Assembly: GCA_963575745.1 (NCBI GenBank)
Contig: CAUYUJ010000225.1
Coordinates: 496,001 to 560,000, forward strand
Direction: 5' to 3'
DNA length: 64,000 bases
Source: Prorocentrum cordatum
Taxonomy: Eukaryota
Shown here: piece by piece, positions 55,600 to 64,000 of the stretch
How the letters are laid out: each line of letters begins with the position of its first letter
Position numbering within the stretch: the stretch's first letter is position 1
Notes under the pieces: generated by a model
The model's input: only the letters and a program-made list of their open reading frames with translations
The model's database searches: none
What the model was told of the DNA's origin: nothing
Program-made: the position numbers and the translations under genes

Positions 55600-58500
55600 G
55601 CCACCTCCGCCCTCGCCCTGGGGCAACGTGGGCTGGGCATGGCACGGCCGGCGCCTCCACCCCGCGCACCAGCTCGGTCGCGAGCTCTTTCGCCGCGCCG
55701 TCATGCGGGGAGTCCTGGCCCCCAACGGCGCCTGGCCGCCCAAGCCATCCGCCTTTGAGAGGGGGCCCGTGGGCCAGCTCTCGGGGCCCGCCCCAGATCG
55801 GCCTGAAGCCGGACAAAGGCTGCTGGACGCCTACTTCGCTGACCAAGCCCCTCCGCCCCTCCCTGCCCTCCCTCGGCCAGACTGGGAAGGGCTCGTCGCC
55901 GCGCTCGTGCTCCAGCCCACTGACAGCGCCCCTGGCGTCGACGGCGAGCCCTACGAGACGCATCACATCGGCTCTCGCCTCGTCGCCTGCCTGCTTGGGT
56001 AAGCAGTCCTGGCAGCGGGCGACGCCCCAGTACTCCTCGACCGCGCCCTCGGCCCCTCTGTCGACCCCGTGGTCTGGATCCCCAAGGTCCCGAACGCCGA
56101 AGTCCGTCCCCGGGTATCTCAGGCCCTTGCAGGTTCCCTCGTGCCTCCGCCGCCTGTTCGGGGCGGGCATCGCCGACTCGGTCAGACCCGCCATCGAACT
56201 CCGCCTCTCGCCCGAGCAGGCAACGGTCAAGGGATGCCACCGCGGTCTCAACATCGCCCGCGCCGTCTCTCACCGCTGCACAGCCCGCCGCCCCTCGCGC
56301 CCCCCGGGCCCGCATTGCGAGCGATCCCGGGTAGTGACCTGGACACGGAGGATCAATGCGTGCGGGAGGCCGCCGCGCATGCGGTCCTCCTCGCCGATGA
56401 AGATGAGGCCTTCGAGAGGCTGCCCATCCAATGGCTGGACGACGTCCTTGACCGACGGGGGCCACCCGCCCGGTGCAGACATTGCCTCTCTGCGCTTTGC
56501 AGCGCGGGGCACGTCCAGTCCAGCAGCGGTGGCTGTCAGCCCCCACTCAGGCGGCTGCTGAGGTCCGTCGGCATGCCCCCCCCTCCCCCCCTGTAGGACC
56601 CCTCGTTTGTGCGATTACCACCAGCGCTGCTTTGTTCTACGAGCAGCGATCATCCCGGGTGAAATCTTATTGTGTTCGCATTGCTGTCGATTGCATTCCT
56701 ATCGGTAGAGAAAAGAGAAAAAAGGGGAGGGCGGTGAGGAGGTCCTCTTGTTTTCGTATTGCAATCCTGATGCGCTTGCATTGGAACGGGGAGGGAGAGA
56801 GGAGGGCGGGTGGAGGAGGGAGGGGAGGCGCGGAAGCTTAGCGGGACAATCGGACAAAACAGGAACAGTAGGAACAACCGTTTGTTTTCACTGAGTTTTT
56901 CACAGCAAAGAACACAAACCCTGTGACTGCTGGTCTGTTTTTAGTTTGTCCTAGTTGCCCATATGAAAACAACAACTTTGTATATTTGTTATTGTCTTCT
57001 GGGTGAGCTTCCGCTGCCCCTCCCCCTCCTCCGCCTTCCGTTCTCATCCTTCCTTCCTCCTCCAATTCAGTTACACGAAGACTGCAATAAGAAACAAGAT
57101 GACCACCTCACCCCGTCCCCCTTCTCTTCCAATAGGAATGCGATCGGAATGCAATTGGGATTCCTATCGGTAGCGAAGGAAGGGGGAAGGGCGGCGAGGA
57201 GATCCTATGGCTCTCATTGCAATCAGATTGCACTTGCATTTGAAAAGGAAAGGGGGAGAGGAGGAGAGAGGGTGGAGGAGGGAGGAGGGGGCGAGGAAGC
57301 TCACCAGGAAGAGAGGAAACAATAGGACAAACGCCCTGCGTTCAGAGATAAAACAAGAAAATGCCATGAACCCTGTGACCGTCGCTCTGTTCTTCGCGCT
57401 TCATAGTTTCCTCGTGCTTTTTCATACAAGAAAAAACATGTTTTGTTCCATATGTTTCTTGTTTTTTCGCGTTTTCCTGGTGAGCTCCCGCTGCCCCTCC
57501 CCCATCCTCCGCCATCCCTCCCCATCCTTCCTTCCCCCTCCACTGCAGTTGCAATGAGATTGCAACAGGAAGCGAGATGGCCACATCTGACTCCATCCCC
57601 CTGCTCTTCCAGCAGGAATGCGATAGGAATGCGATCGGGATTCCTCCGCCCTTCCCTTCCTCCTTCTCATGCGTGAATTCAATAGGAATGCCATCGGAAT
57701 GCAATAGGAATCTCTCCCTCTCCCGTCCTCATCCACCAGCAGGAATACAGTCGGAAAGCAATGCGACCACAATGATAATACATTCGTGATTCCTCTATAT
57801 CCCTCCTCCCCCTCCTGCGATGAGAATACAATCGACGTGGCAACCGATGATGGAGATGCACAAGAAACTATCAGGAAATCCATCAACAACAAGTCCTGTT
57901 GTAACCACACGAACAAAGTGTCGCACGCGCCCCCCCCCCCCCCCCTCAGCGCCGCTGAGTGCGCAGGTCGGGTCGGGCGAAAGGGGGGGATAGCAAAGGG
58001 CGGGCTTGAGAATCAGCTCGCGCAGCTGATTTTCCCGGCGCCGGAGGCGGCTATGTATCAAGGAATAGGCCCCTCGGTGAGGCCGAAACCAGCTGCATGC
58101 AGCAAATTTCGTAACCCCCCTTTCCCAATGCCCCCCGTCTCCGAAAGGGGATTTCATGAAAATGCGCGTTGCCGCGGAACTGGCTAATGCGATGCTGTTG
58201 CGAAACTTGTTGGTGCGAAAAAGCCTTTTGTTGCAAAACAGGTTGTGCAACAAAGTGCTGTTGTTGCGAAACTGGTCCTCGCTGCTTTAATAAGAACTCT
58301 ACCAACACAAGCAAGCGTCAAAATTGCATCACTGGCGCCGCCCCCAACCCTCTCGTCCAGCCCGAGCAGGGGCCAGGTGTCCCACCTGTGTCGACGACCC
58401 TGCCGCCCTGCTTCTCCGACGCCGCTCGCGCCCTCTGGGCCGCGGCCTCTCCTTTCCCGCCCATGCACCTGCCCTCCTCCTCCTTCTCCTCCTCCTCCTC

Positions 58501-60420
58501 CTCCTCCTCCTCCTCGCCGCGCCGTCGGTCGGCTCACCCTTCACGCCGAAAACGATTGGGACGGCGACGGGCGCGTGCTCGTCACCGAGCCCACCCTTGA
58601 CCTTGCCCGTTGCGAGGCGGGAATTTATCCATACCCACCGCCTGTGAACCAGCGTCCCGGTGCCCCAGCGGGCGGTGGATATGGATAACTCTTGGCCCCC
58701 GGGGGCCCGAATATGTCCATATCCACCGCCTGCCGATGACCCCGAAATTGATCCTCCAGGCGGTGGTCGTGCATAGATTCCCGCCTCGGACCCGTGCCCT
58801 CCTTGCCGCCAGAATCGGTAGTGAGGCGGCCGGGCAGGCGACCGTCTGCGCTCGGCCTCGCCGCTGCTCCCTCAAGGTGGCCCTCGTGCCCGTCGGCGCT
58901 AGCGAGCGGTGGGAGCGAATCACGCCTCTCCCTTCGGCAGCGGTGCCGTCCGCGACTCTTGGCCCTGCCTCGGAGCCACCGTCTGCACTCGCACTCCGCT
59001 GGGGCACGTTCCCAACGACGGCTGGCACGACGACGAGCAGATCGGAGCGATGAGGGAGGCCTCGTGGGCCAAGGCCATGGGGAAGGCTACGAAACGCGCG
59101 CAAAACATCGGCCACGCCCAACTGTCTGCAGGTAGGCGCTCTGAACTCTGGAATTGCAACGTCGCTTCCCTCGCCACGTATCCAGCCCATCACGTTCTTC
59201 TGAGCTCCCCGCTTGAAGTTCTTGCCGGCTCTCACCTCAGGGTGGCCCTCGGCGTCGCTGGTGCGAGATACGCCTCACCGGGCTTGCTCCCAAGCCTCGG
59301 CCCCCGCTTTGGATTTCGGGCCTGCCTTAGATGCCTCGCAGCGGCCTCTCGGGCTACCGCTGCCCTCGCCTTCGCGCCCCATGCCTTCCGGGGCCTCCTG
59401 GGAGGCTGCTGCGATCTGGGCCGCGCTGGCGCGGTGGGGGCAGACTTCCCCCGGCGACCCGCCCAGCTTCCCGCTGGACGGCCGACGCTGGCCCGCGTCC
59501 GTCGCACAGGCGGCCCTGCGAGTTCGGCGCGCCCTCTATAAGAGCCCAGCCTCGACGCGAGCCGCGGCTCCAGCCTCGGGCGCGCGCTCTACTACGTGGC
59601 GGCGCGGGCCGACCGAAACCGCGGCCACGTGCGCAGCGAGCTGCGTAAGCATGCTGCGGCGCGGCCCTGCCGCGGCTTCCTGCACTGCCGCGCACCACAC
59701 CGTCGGGCGCCTCTGCCGCGGGCGCCCCGTGGGCCCCCCCCGGCCCCGCGCGGTGGAGGGGCGCGCGGACCGCCTCGACCGCGCGCGCATCGAGGCGCGC
59801 GGGCAGCCCGCTGTCCTTGCTTGGCACGCGCCCGCGCGGGCTCGGCGCCGCGCCGCATGCTGTGCCGGGTGCCCTGGGGCCCACGGCTACTACCTCGCCA
59901 GCCGAGCGGACCGGGCTGCCCGAGGTGGCCGGAGGCCCACGGGGCCGATCGGTTCGCGCCTCCGCCTCAGACCGAGCCGGCTCCCGCCTCCACCGCCGCC
60001 GCCTCCCTCCCTCGCCCCTGGGGGCTTGCCCGGGGTCGCCCTGGCTGCAGGCGCGGGGATCAGCCCAGGTGTTGCTCGGGCACCGCCTTCGCCCCCCCCC
60101 CACACCGGGCCCGTCTCCGGCCAGCCCGCAGGCCGGCGAGCCTCTGCGCGCCCCGTCCCGCCATCCCTGCGCGCGCACTGCAGCTGACGAGCCTGCCAGC
60201 TCTTCGCGAGCTGCCGGCGCTTCTGAGGACGCAGAGATCCAGCTGCTTCTTGCCAACAAGCTCGTGCTCCACTGCCGTTGCAGCACCCCAGCTGGCCGTT
60301 TTCTTGCCGTCGGGTGGCGCACGTGGGCGGGACTCCGGCCCAAGGGCGGGCCGACCATCGAGGGCACCACCTATGCGTCGCCGCACGCCTGCTCCGGTGC
60401 CGAACCCTAAGAATTCTTCG
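55600..60420 (+). mobile_element. Decayed non-LTR retrotransposon (RT pseudogene) interrupted by a ~1.9-kb repeat insertion (~56595-58510); boundaries approximate
   Basis: Ordered, frameshifted RT-like fragments: SAPGVDGEPYE, VWIPKVP, RPLQVPSCLRRLFGA, AVLLADEDEAFERL, LRSVGM; after the insertion: YMDN and SWAKAMGKATKRAQNIGHAQLSAGRRSELWNCNVASLATYPA. Confidence 0.7.
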
Positions 60421-62484
60421 CCCCCTTCGATCTTACCCTGCCGGCCGGTGCCTCTTCCCCTCGGCGGACCCCCCGGCCGAGGGCGACGCCCCCGGCGGGG
60501 AGGGGCCTGCCCAGAGGAAGCGGCCCGCCTCCCGCCCCAACTGCCACCGTTCTTCACGAAGGCGCCGTGGATCTCCGATGCGGAGCCAGCGCTATCTACC
60601 ACGCACGGATGGTTCCCCGCGCTTGTGCCCGCCACCCGGCCTTTGAGCCCACTCATGGGCCGTGCGGACGCGCATTGGCCCCCTGAGCGCCCCAGCCACT
60701 GGAGCACAGTGCGCTCCCGCTACCCTCTGGTGGCTCCCGCAGGGACCCTCCTTCGAACCCACCCGCGGCCCCTGCCCTTGCAGGAAGGGCGCCTGCCCCC
60801 ACGGGGACGATTGGGACGTTAGATCGCTAGATGGTGGTGAACGGGCTCCGGCCCTTGGAGCCAGAGGGCAACGGCTCCTCCCCCTTCCGCAACGGCCATC
60901 TCTGCCCCGTGGAGAGCACCTGTGCGCGTCCCCTGAGATCCTGGCGTCTCGAAAAAGTCGAGACAGAGGTTTTTCATAGTTTCCAGCCTCCCGAGGCCCT
61001 CGCCGGGCCTCGGGACCGTCAAAAAACGACTCGGGACGAAAAACCGGTCCCCGGGGAAGTGGTCGGGAGGTCGGGGGCCCGCGTCTCGAAAAAATCGAGA
61101 CGTCTGATGTCTGGGTTTGCGAAGCAATCCCCGTGCGGGCTTTTCAGAGCGTTTTTTTGTTGCGTTGGAGGGCTCCACTCCGCGGAGGAGGAGGAGGAGG
61201 AGGAGGGGGAGGATGAGGAGGAGGAGGAGGAGGAGGAGGAGGAGGAGGAGGAGGAGGAGGACGAGGACGAGGAGGAGGAGGAGGAGGAGGAGGAGGAGGA
61301 CGTGCCTTCCCCCCTATGACCCGCGGGGCTTCGGCCGCGGCACCCCCCCCTCCTGCCGGGGACGCCGCGGCCTCCTCGATCGGTCCCTGCCCTGCAGGGC
61401 CCTCCCCGCTGCGGCGCCGGTACCGTCGCCGCGGTCCCTCTCCTTCGTCGGTCGCCTCTCGACTGCTCGCGCTCCCCGCCTTCCCAGTCCCGGCTGGCTT
61501 AGGTCAACGTCCCCCCGCGGCGTACTCTCGTGCCCACTGTCCCTCCCCGCCACGCATGCCCGGATGGTCATGGCTGCTGCCGGTTGCGAGACCCCAACTA
61601 AAGGTCTCTGAGAGCTCGGCCGGGCGCACACGCGCGCGTTCCGCTGCTTGCACTCGACTTTCTACGCGCCGTCGCCGCGACGCCAAAAGTGTGTGTGTGT
61701 GTCCTGTCCTTCTTACCTCGATTTGGCCGGCCTGGTGCACGACACTCGCGTGCTCTTCCACCTTGCAATTCACACTTTAGCCTGTCCCCTACCCAGGATA
61801 CATCTGTGTATATATACGCATATACATATGCATATACGCGCGGCCGCCACTCGTGCGGTTGTACTTTACGCCAACGTGGCCAATTTGCGTCTGACCGACT
61901 GTTGCTAAAACATCGCGAGGTAGAACAATGTGTGTGTGTGTGCGGCGCTGTTCTGCTGGCCTCGGCTCCACGCTTCCGTTGTGCCCCATCCGTGGGAGAC
62001 ACGGCTCGTCCTCGCACGCTGTTCCTCCTGCCGTCCCTCCCCTCGGTGTGCGAGGCGCCGGTTAGCACCTTTGGTAGCTTCCCCGCTCGTCCCCTCCTCT
62101 CGGCCGCCTCCCCGAAAGACGCCGGCACAGCCTGGCTCCACATACGGTCAGACCGTGTTCCGCGCTCGGTGCCGCGTGGGTCCTTGGCCGCTCCTCCGAG
62201 GCCTCGGCGGCACCCCCTGGGCTCTCAGCTGCCTAACTCCGCTGCGTCGCTGCGTGCACAGCCGAGATGCCAAAAAGCAAATGTGTGTGGTTACGTGTTT
62301 GTATATTTTGTTTGTGTGTGTGTGTGTTTGTTTGGATGTTGGTCTGTGTATTGTGTGCTTCTGTATGTGGCTGTGTGCTGTGTTCGTGGTTGCGATTGTG
62401 GTTTCGGGCGTAGCCCGAATGTGTTTCTCGCGAGGTAAACTGAACTGAACTAAACTGAACAAACTGGTCGCACCCGTTACGCGA

Positions 62485-63170
62485 CGGTTTTATTCTCGGC
62501 CGCCACGGGCGCAACCTATGGCGCAAACGATCGGAAACGGATTCTCGGCCGCCGGGGGCGCAACCTATGGCGCAACCGATAGCAAATGTTTTTTTCTCGG
62601 CCACCGAAGGTACAACCTATGACGCAACCGAGAGGAGACGGTTTTATTCTCGACCGCCGAAGGTGCAACACCTATGGCGCAACCAACAGGAGACGGTTCT
62701 ATTCTCGACCGCGAGGGCGCAACATATGGCACAACCCATAGGAGACACTTTTATTCTCGGCCGCCGGAGTCACGACCTATGGCGCAACCGACAGGAAACG
62801 GATCTGTTCTCAGCCGCAGAGGGCGCAACCTATGGCGCAACAGATAGGAGACGGTTTTATCCTCGGTCGCCGAGGTCGCAACCTATGGCGCAAACGATAG
62901 GAAACGGTTTTATTCTCGACCGCCACGGGCGAAACCTAGCGCGCAACCAATAGGAGACGGTTATATTCTCGGCCGCCGAGGGCGCAACCTATGGCGCAAC
63001 CGATAGGAGACGTGTGTACTCTCGGCCGCCAAGGGCACAACCTATGGCGCAAACGATAGGAGACGGTTGTATTCTCGGCCGCCGAGGGAGCGACCTATGG
63101 CGCAACCGACAGGAGACGGTTTTATTCTCAGCCGCCGAGGGTGCAACCTATGGCGCAACTGATAGGAAAC
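62485..63170 (+). repeat. ~52-bp minisatellite (ttattctcggccgccgagggcgcaacctatggcgcaaccgataggagacggt)
   Basis: About 13 degenerate units. Confidence 0.95.
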
Positions 63171-63349
63171 CGAGCTGGAGCAGGAGGAAGACGAGGATGA
63201 GGAGGAGGAGGAGGACGACGACGATCAGGATTGGGAGGAGGACGGGGAGGAATACGAGTAGTACGAGGACGAAGTGTGGGCACTCGAATGTGTGCGGGGC
63301 TACGCCAGACTTATGATCGCCGTTTGGGCTGGCGAAGCAGCGAGCTGTC

Positions 63350-64000
63350 TTGTGATTGTATTTGTGTTTGTGTTTGTGCCTGTGATTGTGCTGGTGCTGT
63401 TATTGTGTTTGTGTGTTGTGATTGTGCTTCTGCTGTTTCTTGTGCTAGTGCTTGTGTGCGTGAGTGTGCCTGTGCTTATGAATGTGATTGTGATTGTGCT
63501 TGTGTGTTGTGTTTGTGCTTATGTGAGATGTGTGTGTAGTGCTGTGTGTGCGTGTGTTCGTGATTCGTGATTGTGTATACGAAGTTTGTGTGTAATTGTG
63601 CGCATGTTCGTGATTATGTGTATGCCTGTACGTGTGTTTGTGGTTGTGTGCTGTGTGCTGTGCTTGTGTGTGTGTTCGTGCTTGTGTTTGTGGTTGTGTG
63701 TGTTAGTGTTTGTGGTCATGGCTGCGTTGATGTGTGTGGTTGTGCTTATGGTTGTGATCATACTTGTGTGTGCTTGTGCTTGTGCATGTGTTTGTGGTCG
63801 TGATTGTGTGTGTGCTCGTGCTTGTGGTTGTGTGAGTGCTTGGTTGTGTTTATGTGTCCTTGTGTTTGTGTTGGTGTTTGTGGATATGGTTGTGTGCTGC
63901 GTGCCTGTGTGCATGATTTTGCTTGTGGTCGTATATGAATGTGTGTTTGTGTGTCGCTGTCTTTTGTGTGTTTGTGATTTCGCTTGCGATTGTGTGTGTT
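63350..64000. repeat. Degenerate (TG)-rich low-complexity tract
   Basis: Direct inspection. Confidence 0.92.

Overview
GC-rich, microsatellite-saturated eukaryotic DNA. Two copies of the dinoflagellate spliced leader (DCCGTAGCCATTTTGGCTCAAG), GC/GA/GT splice donors and tiny exons indicate a dinoflagellate nuclear genome; the genus is not determinable from this window. Most ORFs in the track are repeat artefacts. What I can reconstruct: (1) a minus-strand DEAH-box RNA helicase gene whose 7-8 small exons (about 645 nt) are spread over about 38 kb (51328 down to 13571). (2) Inside one of its introns, in the same orientation, a 7.4-kb near-intact non-LTR retrotransposon (Zn-finger ORF1; APE-RT-CCHC-RNase H pol; C-terminal Cys/His module). 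Its 5' end is exactly a perfect 22-nt spliced leader and it is inserted in a (GAG/CTC)n microsatellite. (3) A second SL-headed ORF1-like element cut by an assembly gap, a 5'-truncated LINE 3' end, and a decayed RT element. (4) Two compact multi-exon hypothetical genes at the left end, next to a 66-bp palindrome and a TA-rich microsatellite. (5) A decayed, GC-shifted PPR array. (6) Many MITE-like inverted-repeat elements and minisatellites. The best candidate for a novel system is a trans-spliced, microsatellite-targeting LINE that may regenerate its own 5' end using the host SL machinery.
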